Assembly: GCA_963754875.1 (NCBI GenBank)
Contig: CAVWHO010000017.1
Span: 64,001-128,000 of the forward strand
DNA length: 64,000 nucleotides
Direction: 5' to 3'
Source: Nitrospirota bacterium
GTDB lineage: Bacteria > Nitrospirota > UBA9217
The notes under the pieces were generated by a model. That model searched no databases. It had not been told where the DNA came from and worked only from the letters and a program-made list of their open reading frames with translations. Numbering within the stretch: the stretch's first letter is position 1; each line of letters starts with the position of its first letter. Below are positions 1-9,415 of this stretch, piece after piece. Made by a program: the position numbers and the translations under genes.

Positions 1-404
1 AACTGGCGAAACACTGCATGGAAGACTCGACCACGTCGGACTTCATGAAACGGATGAAGCCCGGCGACATTATTGTCGCGGAGAAGAACTTCGGGTGCGG
101 GTCATCGCGCGAGCACGCTCCTATCGCGATCAAAGCGGCCGGGGTTTCCTGCGTTGTCGCAAAAAGCTTTGCCCGAATTTTCTACCGGAACTGCTTCAAT
201 ATGGGGTTGCCTATCTTCGAGAGCGTCGAGGCCGTCGACGGAATCAACGAAGGCGACCGGATCGAAGTGGATGCTGACAACGGCGTGATCCGCAACGTCA
301 CCACGAACAAAGAGTTCAAGGCCACTCCCGTGCCGCCGTTCATGCAGGAGCTCATTGCAGCCGGCGGGCTCATGGCATATACCAGGAAAAAGGCGGGACT
401 GTAG
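1..404 (+). CDS. leuD: 3-isopropylmalate dehydratase small subunit (5'-truncated by window edge)
   Basis: [12 protein letters not shown] and SFARIFYRN motifs; frame is open upstream of ATG 18 (LAKHCMED); upstream of leuB. Confidence 0.95.
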   Translation, partial: LAKHCMEDSTTSDFMKRMKPGDIIVAEKNFGCGSSREHAPIAIKAAGVSCVVAKSFARIFYRNCFNMGLPIFESVEAVDGINEGDRIEVDADNGVIRNVTTNKEFKATPVPPFMQELIAAGGLMAYTRKKAGL

Positions 405-502
405 CACCGCAACTTGTCCCGTAACCTGCGCGACGGAGCACTCTTAATCCTGACGAATCGTAATGAAAAAGGTGGCGCCACTTGACGGCATGTTTCAAGC
501 TG

Positions 503-727
503 ATGAAAACGCTCCGGTCCGAACAACAATCCAATTCTCTCTGTGATTCGTGCGTGTATTTCAGCAGAAACCTTGACCCATCCTATTCCTCACCCAACGC
601 GCCTTCGCAGCACTCGTGCGGATTAGACTTTATTCCCGGCGACGACAAGTGTAATGAGATGCGGACGAACAACTGCAGCACCAGAAAAAAAGCTGAGACA
701 TGCAGGAAAAAAGAGGAAATGATTTGA
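503..727 (+). CDS. small Cys-rich hypothetical protein
   Basis: ORF between leuD and leuB with CDSC and several further Cys; no recognised family. Confidence 0.4.
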   Translation: MKTLRSEQQSNSLCDSCVYFSRNLDPSYSSPNAPSQHSCGLDFIPGDDKCNEMRTNNCSTRKKAETCRKKEEMI

Positions 728-825
728 AGGTGGGAACGCCTCTGCGTCATCCCCATTTCGCTTTTTCATTCACCCTTTCCCCTGAATGCTTTAAAGAAAA
801 ATAACTTTGAGAGGGATAATCATTC

Positions 826-1902
826 ATGGCAAAGACCTACAAGATCGCAACAATCCCCGGTGACGGGACCGGACCCGAGGTTGTAAAAGAAGCGGTTAAA
901 GTCATCAATGCCGCAGCCGTGAAGGGCGGGTTCAAGCTCGAGTATACCGAGTTCGACTTCGGCGCTGCGCGTTATTTGAAAACCGGAGAGACGCTACCCG
1001 ACAGCGCGATCGGAGAGTTCAAGAAGTTCGACTCTATGTTCCTCGGCGCCATCGGTCATCCCGATGTAAAACCGGGCATCCTCGAAATGGGCATTCTCCT
1101 CAAGATCCGTTTTGCCCTGGACCAGTATATCAATCTCAGGCCGGTGAAACTCTATCCTAATGTGGAAACGCCGCTCAAGGACAAGGGACCGGAACATATC
1201 GACTTCGTGGTCATTCGCGAGAACACGGGTGGCATCTACACCGGCCACGGTGGCGCGACGCGTGTGGGCACGACCGAGGAAATCGCCACACAGCTCATGG
1301 TGTACGACCGCCGTACTGTTGATCGGTGTCTCAAGTATGCCTTTGAGCTCAAGAAGAAGCGCAACGCGCAGAACCCCAAGTATGCTGCAAAACCGATCAC
1401 GCTCATCCACAAGCGGAACGTGCTCACCCATTGCGGCGACCTCTGGTACCGCGCCTTTGAAGAGATGGGAGCAAAGCAGTATCCGGAGCTCAAGCGCGAC
1501 TACAACCACATCGACGCGGCGAACATGTGGTTCGTGAAGAACCCCGAATGGTTCGACGTGGCGGTCACGGAAAACCTCTTCGGCGACATCATCACCGATC
1601 TGGGCGCCATGATCCAGGGCGGTCTCGGCGTGGCCTCGGGCGGAAACATCAATCCCGAAGGCGTCTCGATGTTCGAGCCCATGGGCGGCAGCGCGCCGAA
1701 GTATGCCGGCCAGAACGTCATCAACCCCATTGCAGCCATCGGCGCGGCCATGATGATGATTGACTCATTAGGTGAAACGAAATCAGCCCAGGTCATCGAG
1801 AGGGCAATGATCGCGACGATGAAAAAAATGAAGAGCCAGGCAGCAGGGAAGATGGGCATGACCACGACTGAAGTGGGCGATATGGTCGCGGGGTTGGTTT
1901 AA
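826..1902 (+). CDS. leuB: 3-isopropylmalate dehydrogenase
   Basis: [40 protein letters not shown] motifs; RBS GAGGGA; leu context. Confidence 0.93.
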   Translation: MAKTYKIATIPGDGTGPEVVKEAVKVINAAAVKGGFKLEYTEFDFGAARYLKTGETLPDSAIGEFKKFDSMFLGAIGHPDVKPGILEMGILLKIRFALDQYINLRPVKLYPNVETPLKDKGPEHIDFVVIRENTGGIYTGHGGATRVGTTEEIATQLMVYDRRTVDRCLKYAFELKKKRNAQNPKYAAKPITLIHKRNVLTHCGDLWYRAFEEMGAKQYPELKRDYNHIDAANMWFVKNPEWFDVAVTENLFGDIITDLGAMIQGGLGVASGGNINPEGVSMFEPMGGSAPKYAGQNVINPIAAIGAAMMMIDSLGETKSAQVIERAMIATMKKMKSQAAGKMGMTTTEVGDMVAGLV

Positions 1903-1916
1903 GCTTTATCATCACC

Positions 1917-1950
1917 TTCCCCTTTGAGAAAGGGGGAATGAGGGGGATTT
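1917..1950. repeat. REP-like palindrome upstream of DUF559 gene
   Basis: TTCCCCTTTGAGAAAGGGGGAATGAGGGGGATTT: hairpin plus G-rich tail; same family as 2325-2403. Confidence 0.8.
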
Positions 1951-1968
1951 GAGAATTTTGGGTTACGT

Positions 1969-2316
1969 ATGCTACCCTATAACAAAGATCTCAAACAGTT
2001 CTCCCAAAAGCTTAGAAAGAGCATGACCGATGCTGAGCGACGGTTGTGGACTCGAATAAGAGGTAAACAGCTTAGGAATCTACAGTTTTATCGGCAGAAG
2101 ATCATCGGCGAGTACATCGTGGACTTTTACTGTCCCAAGGCAAAGCTGGTCATAGAACTTGATGGGGGACAGCATTATACGGAAGAAGGCAAAGAAAAAG
2201 ACAGAATCAGAGATGATTACCTGGCTGGTGCAGGATTGCACGTGCTGAGGTTCTCAGACCGTGAAGTGCTGGCTAAACTAGACGGAGTACTTGAAAAGGT
2301 ATGGAGTTGCCTGTAA
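1969..2316 (+). CDS. DUF559 / Vsr-like endonuclease domain protein
   Basis: LRKSMTDAERRLW...FYRQKIIGEYIVDFYC...IELDGGQH...RDDYL...VLRF pattern. Confidence 0.9.
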   Translation: MLPYNKDLKQFSQKLRKSMTDAERRLWTRIRGKQLRNLQFYRQKIIGEYIVDFYCPKAKLVIELDGGQHYTEEGKEKDRIRDDYLAGAGLHVLRFSDREVLAKLDGVLEKVWSCL

Positions 2317-2324
2317 CTTAGGCA

Positions 2325-2403
2325 TCCCCCTTTGGAAAAGGGGGACCGAGGGGATTTATCAATCAGAAAATCTCCCCTAACCCCTCTTTTCCAAAGAGGG
2401 GGA
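2325..2403. repeat. inverted doublet of REP-like palindromes downstream of DUF559 gene
   Basis: TCCCCCTTTGGAAAAGGGGGACCGAGGGGATTT (2325-2357) and the inverted copy AAATCTCCCCTAACCCCTCTTTTCCAAAGAGGGGGA (2368-2403). Confidence 0.8.
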
Positions 2404-2578
2404 TAAAGGCGTATGGCGGGGATAGTATAACGGACGCCAGGAGCTTTAAGGTCATATCGTTGTTGATCATCATGATTGCTATGGGTCTCCTTGGGAGTGT
2501 GGTTCTTTGTATCAAAACGGTTGAAATCGACGTAATGACCATAGTAGGGATTCTACTATTCTGAAGAGGAGCAAGGCA

Positions 2579-3691
2579 ATGATTCGAGTTGGTTTTATCG
2601 GCTGGCGCGGCATGGTGGGCTCAGTGCTCATGGGCCGGATGAAGGAAGAGAAGGACTTCGACCTTGTTGCCCCGGTGTTCTTCACCACCTCGAACGTGGG
2701 CGGGAAGGGACCGAACATCGGCAAGGATGTCCCTGCACTCAAGGACGCCAAGAACATCGACGAGCTCAAGAAGCTGGACGCAATCGTCTCCTGCCAGGGA
2801 GGGGAATACACGACAGAAGTGTACCCCAGGCTTCGCGAGGCAGGATGGAAGGGATACTGGATCGACGCCGCATCAACGCTCCGGATGACAGGAGATTCGA
2901 TAATCATCCTTGATCCCGTGAACATGAAGGTGATCAAGGATGGCCTCGCCAAAGGCGTCAAGAATTACATCGGCGGCAACTGCACCGTTTCGCTCATGCT
3001 CATCGCACTGGGCGGGTTGTACGAGCAAGACCTCGTCGAATGGATGAGCGCCATGACTTACCAGGCCGCCTCAGGCGCGGGCGCGAACAACATGCGCGAA
3101 CTCCTGAAGCAAATGGGCTCTGCGCATAACGCGGTAAAAAATCTTCTGGACGATCCCGCTTCCGCGATCCTGGAAATCGACAGCAAGGTTGCGACGCACG
3201 TCCGTTCCAATGCCTATCCCACGGAATTTTTTGGTGCGCCGCTCGCCTGTTCGCTCATTCCCTGGATCGACAAACAGCTCGACAACGGCCAGAGTCGCGA
3301 GGAGTGGAAGGGCCAGGCTGAAACGAACAAGATCCTGGGCAGGGAACACAATCCTATCCCCATCGACGGCACCTGTGTCCGGATCGGCTCGATGCGATGC
3401 CACAGTCAGGCGCTTACGATCAAAATGAAGAAGGACGTGCCGCTCGACGAGATCACGGACATGATCGCGAAGCACAACAAGTGGGTAAAAGTGGTGCCCA
3501 ACCAGCGTGAGATTTCGATGAAGGAACTGACTCCTGCGGCGGTCACCGGTACTCTCATTGTCCCCGTGGGACGCCTGCGCAAGATGAATATGGGCCCAAC
3601 GTTTCTGAATGCGTTTACCTGCGGAGACCAGCTCCTTTGGGGCGCGGCAGAGCCGCTTCGCAGGATGCTCAGGATTGTGGTGGAAAAATAG
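2579..3691 (+). CDS. asd: aspartate-semialdehyde dehydrogenase (E. coli-type)
   Basis: [19 protein letters not shown] (catalytic Cys), [23 protein letters not shown]. Confidence 0.96.
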   Translation: MIRVGFIGWRGMVGSVLMGRMKEEKDFDLVAPVFFTTSNVGGKGPNIGKDVPALKDAKNIDELKKLDAIVSCQGGEYTTEVYPRLREAGWKGYWIDAASTLRMTGDSIIILDPVNMKVIKDGLAKGVKNYIGGNCTVSLMLIALGGLYEQDLVEWMSAMTYQAASGAGANNMRELLKQMGSAHNAVKNLLDDPASAILEIDSKVATHVRSNAYPTEFFGAPLACSLIPWIDKQLDNGQSREEWKGQAETNKILGREHNPIPIDGTCVRIGSMRCHSQALTIKMKKDVPLDEITDMIAKHNKWVKVVPNQREISMKELTPAAVTGTLIVPVGRLRKMNMGPTFLNAFTCGDQLLWGAAEPLRRMLRIVVEK

Positions 3692-3709
3692 AGTTGAAAT
3701 TATTATGGT

Positions 3710-3799
3710 CGTCATTCCGGGCTTGACCCGGAATCCAGAGGTTTTTTTGTTTCCGTCATGTCTCTCAGTCGCTGGATTCCCGCCTTCGCGGGAATAACG
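3710..3799. repeat. inverted pair of CGTC-type REP-like palindromes between the two asd genes
   Basis: CGTCATTCCGGGCTTGACCCGGAATCCAG (3710-3738) and CTGGATTCCCGCCTTCGCGGGAATAACG (3772-3799). Confidence 0.8.
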
Positions 3800-3808
3800 A
3801 ATTTTTTT

Positions 3809-4822
3809 ATGCTTAAGAAAAAAGACAAATATGTTGTTGCCGTTGTGGGTGCTACCGGCGCCGTGGGCAAGGAAATGCTCGAAATCCTCGAGGAGAGGGC
3901 ATTTCCCGTGAGCGAGATCATACCGCTCGCCTCTGAGCGCTCCGAGGGCGAGCGGGTGGAATTCAAGGGCAAGAATGTCGTCGTCCGGAAACTGGCAAAA
4001 GATTCGTTCCAGGACGTTGATATCGCGCTTTTTTCTGCAGGTGCGGAACGCAGTCTGGAGTTCGCCCCGCATGCGGTAAAGTCAGGCGCCGTGGTGATAG
4101 ACAATTCGAGTGCATTCCGCATGGACCCGAAAGTCCCGCTCGTGGTGCCTGAAGTAAACGCCCATGCCCTGGACAAACACAGTGGTATTATCGCAAACCC
4201 GAACTGCTCCACCATTGCCCTGGTGCTGGTGCTCAAACCCATCCATGACAAGGTGAAGATCAAACGCATCGTGGTCACCACGTTCCAGTCGGTTTCCGGT
4301 ACGGGCAAAGAAGCCATGGACGAGCTTGCTCAGCAGACCGTGGCGCTCCTGAACTTCAAGGACGTCGAAACAAAGGTCTATCCGCACCAGATCGCATTTA
4401 ACTGCATCCCGCATATCGATGCTTTCCTCGAAAACGGCTATACGAAGGAAGAGATGAAAATGGCAAACGAGACGAGGAAGATCATGGAGGATGATACCAT
4501 CCGCCTGACAGCGACAACGGTCCGTGTGCCGGTATTCAGGGGTCATTCAGAATCGGTAAACATCGAGACCGAGAAGAAGATATCGGCGAATGAAGTGAGG
4601 GCGATACTGGCGGAAGCGCCGGGTGTCCTGGTCTATGACGACCCGAAGAAGAACATTTATCCTCTGGCCATGGATGTGGTCGGTAAAGATGAGACCTACG
4701 TCGGCAGGGTCAGGGAGGATGAATCCATTCCGAACGGGATCAACCTCTGGTTGGTGTCCGACAACCTTCGAAAAGGCGCGGCGCTGAACGCAGTGCAGAT
4801 AGCGGAGTATTTGATAAAGTAG
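3809..4822 (+). CDS. asd: aspartate-semialdehyde dehydrogenase, second type (Bacillus/Usg-like)
   Basis: VVGATGAVG, IIANPNCST, VRVPVFRGHS, DNLRKGAALNAVQIAE; start moved to ATG 3809 because the longer ORF start runs through the REP. Confidence 0.93.
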   Translation: MLKKKDKYVVAVVGATGAVGKEMLEILEERAFPVSEIIPLASERSEGERVEFKGKNVVVRKLAKDSFQDVDIALFSAGAERSLEFAPHAVKSGAVVIDNSSAFRMDPKVPLVVPEVNAHALDKHSGIIANPNCSTIALVLVLKPIHDKVKIKRIVVTTFQSVSGTGKEAMDELAQQTVALLNFKDVETKVYPHQIAFNCIPHIDAFLENGYTKEEMKMANETRKIMEDDTIRLTATTVRVPVFRGHSESVNIETEKKISANEVRAILAEAPGVLVYDDPKKNIYPLAMDVVGKDETYVGRVREDESIPNGINLWLVSDNLRKGAALNAVQIAEYLIK

Positions 4823-4916
4823 TCAGAAATCAGGAGACAGTAGCCAGGAGGCCATAAGGCAGAAGGGGCTCACGATTCACAAATTCGTATTCTGACTCCT
4901 GATTCCATCTTTCCCC

Positions 4917-5759
4917 ATGTACAAGCTGATCTCTAAAATATTCGACAAGCTCGAGCGGGGTCTAAGCCCGAAGGAAAAGGCGATCATTGTTTCCCTCATG
5001 CTTATCATCTCAGTCCTCGGGATTGTTCTGGGCGGCCGGTATTACAACTATATCCAGAAGAATCCCGAGTTCTGCAACAGTTGCCATCTCATGGAGGAAG
5101 CCTACACGGCGTGGAAACTATCCGGGCACCGGAGCATCGTGTGCCAGAACTGTCATCAACTCGGCCTCATCGAACAGAACCGGCTGCTCGTCAAGTTCGT
5201 TTTTACGACGAACCGGAAGACGCCTGAGCCGCACGGCAACGCTACGCCATGGAAGACATGCGTGAAATGTCACTGGGATGAAGCAGCGCAGGGATCGGTA
5301 GCGGTGAGTAAGTCGACAGGCCATGCCCGGCACGTGTTCATGGAGAAGCTGACCTGTAAGGATTGCCACAGCAAGAAAGTACATTCCTTCCGGCCGCAAA
5401 AGGATGCGTGTCTCCGCTGCCATAAGGATTGGAAAATTCACGGCGTGGGCATGGAGGATATTTCCTGTCTCCGGTGCCACCCGTTCTCGCCAAGGAAGCA
5501 GGAAGCGTTCATCCCCGACCGTGAGCGATGTCTGTCATGCCACCGGAAATCCTCGAAGAAGCTCTTTCCGGACAAGGTCCCTATGGCACGGCTGAACTGC
5601 TACGAGTGCCATAAACCCCACGCACGAATTAAGCCTACAGATGACGACTGCCTGCGATGCCACACCCGCGAGGTATTGGCGCAGAAATCCGTTCACCGGA
5701 CGACAGTGGCGAGTTGCAAAACGTGTCACATCCCGCATCGTTGGTCGGCAGTGCGGTAA
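4917..5759 (+). CDS. membrane-anchored decaheme cytochrome c (NapC/NirT-like N-terminal part)
   Basis: N-terminal TM helix followed by PEFCNSCH; 10 CxxCH motifs counted in 280 aa. Confidence 0.9.
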   Translation: MYKLISKIFDKLERGLSPKEKAIIVSLMLIISVLGIVLGGRYYNYIQKNPEFCNSCHLMEEAYTAWKLSGHRSIVCQNCHQLGLIEQNRLLVKFVFTTNRKTPEPHGNATPWKTCVKCHWDEAAQGSVAVSKSTGHARHVFMEKLTCKDCHSKKVHSFRPQKDACLRCHKDWKIHGVGMEDISCLRCHPFSPRKQEAFIPDRERCLSCHRKSSKKLFPDKVPMARLNCYECHKPHARIKPTDDDCLRCHTREVLAQKSVHRTTVASCKTCHIPHRWSAVR

Positions 5760-5781
5760 AGTACCGCCACAGTCCCCAAGG

Positions 5782-6030
5782 TCAGCGCTTTTTCGCCCTT
5801 TTCCTGGTGCTTTTCAAGAAAAGTTCGTTCGGCTCAACCTTGTAGATACTGCACAGCGTCATGAGCTTCATCAGACTCGGATTGGTTTCCTTGCCTGATT
5901 CGAGGCGTGAGATGTAGCCTTGTGTGATTTTGCCGCGGTGGTCGGAAGCAATCTCGGAAAGGCGCGCCACCTGACTCATCGACATTTTATGCTTCGTGCG
6001 TAGTTTTTTTAGTTTGTCCGCTAGTGTCAT
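5782..6030 (-). CDS. XRE-family HTH transcriptional regulator
   Basis: LKKLR...SMSQVA...TQGYISRLESGKETNPS pattern. Confidence 0.88.
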   Translation of the reverse strand: MTLADKLKKLRTKHKMSMSQVARLSEIASDHRGKITQGYISRLESGKETNPSLMKLMTLCSIYKVEPNELFLKSTRKRAKKR

Positions 6031-6543
6031 ACCGAGGATATACCCTTTTTTTACGTTAATGTCAATAAAAAGTTGCTGCGGGCATTAATATTATTATGTT
6101 TCAAAGTGCATCAATTTATACCATGATCATAACCATAGATTTGGAGATATTCATCCGGAGCATTAAGCAGCATGTGCTAAATCTATCTATTTGTAGAGGA
6201 AAGGCCATGTAGTAAAATAGAGATTCTCGAAAAAAGCGTCCAGAGAAGACTGAGCTACACTGGAAATTGCACATAGACTGGGCATCCATAAAAATAATTC
6301 TATCGCGAGGACTCTAAAAGACGCGAACATCAAACTGCTGGCCGTCAAGCTTCTTGCGGATTATTATATCGGGGTGTGGAAATGGAGAGAATCACACGGC
6401 TTTTCCTCTACGACGTAGAGGCGGCAGTGTAGATTAGCAGCCAAGACCGGATGGCTAACTATCAACAAATACTGACTTCAGCAACTAAAAATCAAGAGGC
6501 GCTGACCTCCCGTTGTGAAAGTTAAATTCTGCTGCCAGACTTA

Positions 6544-6876
6544 CTATGTATGCTGCCACTTTTCTTTCTCCTGGACGTACGCCGTCTTGCCCGCTTCGAT
6601 GGTTTTTCCTACTACTGCTTTACCCCCGTCATAGAGCTCTTTGCCTTTGTCAATGGCAAAAGAAACTCTCTCTTTCGAGTCGTCGTAGAGCTCTTTGCCT
6701 TTGTCAATGGCCAAGGAAACTCTCTCTCTCGAGTCGTTGGCGAACCGTTTGATGTCTTCCCTGACTTCCTTTCCTGATTTTGGAGCCAGGAGAAGCGATA
6801 ATCCCGCACCCACAATACCGCCCACCACGAACGGCATCAGGATTGAGTGCCCTTTGTTGGTAAGTTCCTCTTTCAT
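6544..6876 (-). CDS. YtxH-domain protein
   Basis: GGIVGAGLSLLLAPKSGKEVRE signature; internal 18-aa duplication. Confidence 0.88.
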   Translation of the reverse strand: MKEELTNKGHSILMPFVVGGIVGAGLSLLLAPKSGKEVREDIKRFANDSRERVSLAIDKGKELYDDSKERVSFAIDKGKELYDGGKAVVGKTIEAGKTAYVQEKEKWQHT

Positions 6877-7314
6877 AATTATCACCCCTTCCTTTTTTCT
6901 CTGTTTTCTGTGGTCAGCGCCTCTTTTAAAATCCGTACCTTTCAAATAATTCCAAATGCCCCGCTAATATCTCGCGACCAAGTGTTCTTGGTATAAGTAT
7001 ATCACTCTCTGGTAAATAAATAGCACTTTCTTGCAACATGGTTTTCTTTTGGCTACCCCTGCTATTGAAGCCTGTCATTGTCCCTCTCTATTCTATGAAG
7101 GGTCTGGTGAGTCCGAAAAATTAATTGCCTAAGAGAAATAGATGTAATAAGCATATCTTGGGTTGCGCTTTCAGTATACAAAGCAGCGCGACCTTTCGCA
7201 TCGTCAAATGAAGGCGCACCCCGGTCTGCTACGAGGATACGTGACCTTTGCTGCAGGAAGGAATTTCGTTTCTCGTTTCTAACTCTTTCACGAAAGCCAT
7301 AATACTCATCGGTG

Positions 7315-8211
7315 TTATGTTTTAAAGATTGTCAAATCTTTCTTGGTAATGTCGCCTGTTTTTCGCTCCAGTTCTGATATGACCTGAGCACCTAGCAAAA
7401 GGATTAAAGCAACAGCCTCGGTACTGAGAAGTGCCACGACTGCTGTGGCAAAGGATCCATAAATTAAATTTACCATGGATATCACCGAGTAATACCAGAC
7501 CAACACACGACGGGTGATCTCCCATAAGATCGTTGCGGCTATCCCTCCAATTAATGCCCGCCGAAATGTAATACGTACTACTGGCATAACCAGATATATG
7601 GACGTCAGCAGAAGTACCTCGCCGACAATCCCCAAGGTATATAGTGCGACACCCGAAAAGCCTTCAAGGCTCAACCTCCATCCCAAAAAAAATAATTGCC
7701 GTTTTTCGAGCGTCTCTAATGCTCCTGTAATGAATGACACGATCAAGATGCCCAGCCCTAATATAAAGATATAAATGTACGGGATAATGGCAGAAATGAG
7801 AAAGTGGCGGCGATGAATCCTGACACGGTGAAAAAAAATAACTGACATGGCATTCTTGAGCACGGTAAAGGCAATGGAACTGAAAAAAAGCATGACCAGC
7901 AAACCAATGATACCGACCACATTTCGGTGCGCGAGAAACACCCTCACCTGATCAGTTAATGTTGCCGCATAGCCTGGGATTATCATTTCCAGATACGCTG
8001 ATAAGGTGTGAAATAACTGATCCTCTTCTATAAAGTGAGACAGCCCGATGAGGGCGAGAATCGACATCGGGACAATTGATAGTAGGGTATAGTAAGCCAC
8101 TGCCCCGGATAACAGCAGTCCCTGATTGCGTCTAAATCCACGCAGAACCTGAAGCGACAGGCTCAAGGACCGACCTACAATGCTATTAGTTGTATGTCGT
8201 TTGTTCATCAT
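7315..8211 (-). CDS. YihY/BrkB-family membrane protein
   Basis: LSGAVAYYTLLSIVP and IYGSFATAVVALL motifs; multiple TM segments. Confidence 0.88.
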   Translation of the reverse strand: MMNKRHTTNSIVGRSLSLSLQVLRGFRRNQGLLLSGAVAYYTLLSIVPMSILALIGLSHFIEEDQLFHTLSAYLEMIIPGYAATLTDQVRVFLAHRNVVGIIGLLVMLFFSSIAFTVLKNAMSVIFFHRVRIHRRHFLISAIIPYIYIFILGLGILIVSFITGALETLEKRQLFFLGWRLSLEGFSGVALYTLGIVGEVLLLTSIYLVMPVVRITFRRALIGGIAATILWEITRRVLVWYYSVISMVNLIYGSFATAVVALLSTEAVALILLLGAQVISELERKTGDITKKDLTIFKT

Positions 8212-8595
8212 GGTAACTATAAAATATTCCTAGAAACGTCATTTGTTCACAACCTTCTGAATGCCCGTCTGAAATTTCAAGCATTGCAACAGCTGCACCG
8301 TTCAGAACATACCTCTTGTCAAACAACTATAGCATAAAATCTTAATTTCCAGACACTCTTGTTTAACAACTGGCCACGAGACGGGCGTATTCTCGTTGGT
8401 AATTGCCGGAGGAAATCAGCAGAAGTGCCGGAAAACTTCTCGCATCGGGTTCAAGAACCGAACGTAGCTGGAAACAGAACGTAGTCGGAAAATATCATTC
8501 GCTCCGGCACCTGCCAGGGAGGAGCATTTTTACGTAAAATATGGTACTATCAGTGGTCACTGAGGTGATGAAACAGGATGGATGGGGGATGATGC

Positions 8596-9405
8596 ATGAA
8601 GGATTTTCTGGCCGTCGCCGGTGAAGCAGCGCGCACAGCCGGCGCTCTGTTGCGAGCGAATATTCACGGGAAACGGGAGATTTCCTATAAAGGCGACATC
8701 AATCTGGTCACAGAAATGGACAGGCTCTCCGAGCGCACCGTAGTGAAAGCGCTTCTTGCCTCATTTCCCGACCACGGTATCATGGCAGAGGAAGAGACGA
8801 TGATACGGAATGGTTCCGGTTATCTTTGGATCATCGACCCCCTCGACGGGACCACAAATTATGCCCATGGCTACCCGTGCTTCTCTGTATCAGTAGCGCT
8901 CGAATACGAGGGCGAGATCATCGTCGGCGTCGTGTACGATCCCATGAGGGACGAATTGTTCTCTGCACAGAAGGGTGCGGGGGCTCATCTCAACGGCACG
9001 GCTATTCGCGTTTCAACCGCTGATACGCTCATTAAAAGCTTACTCTCAACAGGTTTTCCCTATGATCGCAAAGTCAGTGAAAAGAACAACCTGGATTATT
9101 TTCACGATCTTCTCATGGCATCGCAGGAGGTCCGTCGAGACGGATCGGCAGCGCTTGATCTCTGCTATGTGGCGTCGGGCAGGTTCGATGGTTTCTGGGA
9201 ATTGAAGCTCAAATCCTGGGACGTGGCGGCCGGCAGCCTGATCGTGCGTGAGGCGGGAGGGCTCATCTCAGATTTTTCCGGGACCCGGTTCAGCATTCAT
9301 GACGACGAGATCCTTGCAACCAACGGAAGGATTCATCAGCAGATGCTGGACAGGCTCCAAAAGGTCGGAAGAAATGCGGAACTCGGAATGCGGAATGCGG
9401 AATGA
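8596..9405 (+). CDS. suhB: inositol monophosphatase family protein
   Basis: WIIDPLDGTTNYAHG, RRDGSAALDLCYVA, WDVAAG. Confidence 0.93.
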   Translation: MKDFLAVAGEAARTAGALLRANIHGKREISYKGDINLVTEMDRLSERTVVKALLASFPDHGIMAEEETMIRNGSGYLWIIDPLDGTTNYAHGYPCFSVSVALEYEGEIIVGVVYDPMRDELFSAQKGAGAHLNGTAIRVSTADTLIKSLLSTGFPYDRKVSEKNNLDYFHDLLMASQEVRRDGSAALDLCYVASGRFDGFWELKLKSWDVAAGSLIVREAGGLISDFSGTRFSIHDDEILATNGRIHQQMLDRLQKVGRNAELGMRNAE

Positions 9406-9415
9406 AAAACCCGAA

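Noticed and set aside
6255..6420. Peptide NSIARTLKDANIKL resembling an IS110 transposase segment
   Set aside because: The match is too short, with no start codon or further motifs.
9248..9415. Long N-terminal extensions in the ORF track (also 3758, 26172, 26789, 42178, 45912)
   Set aside because: They overlap neighbouring genes or repeats; downstream starts fit the RBS and domain boundaries better.
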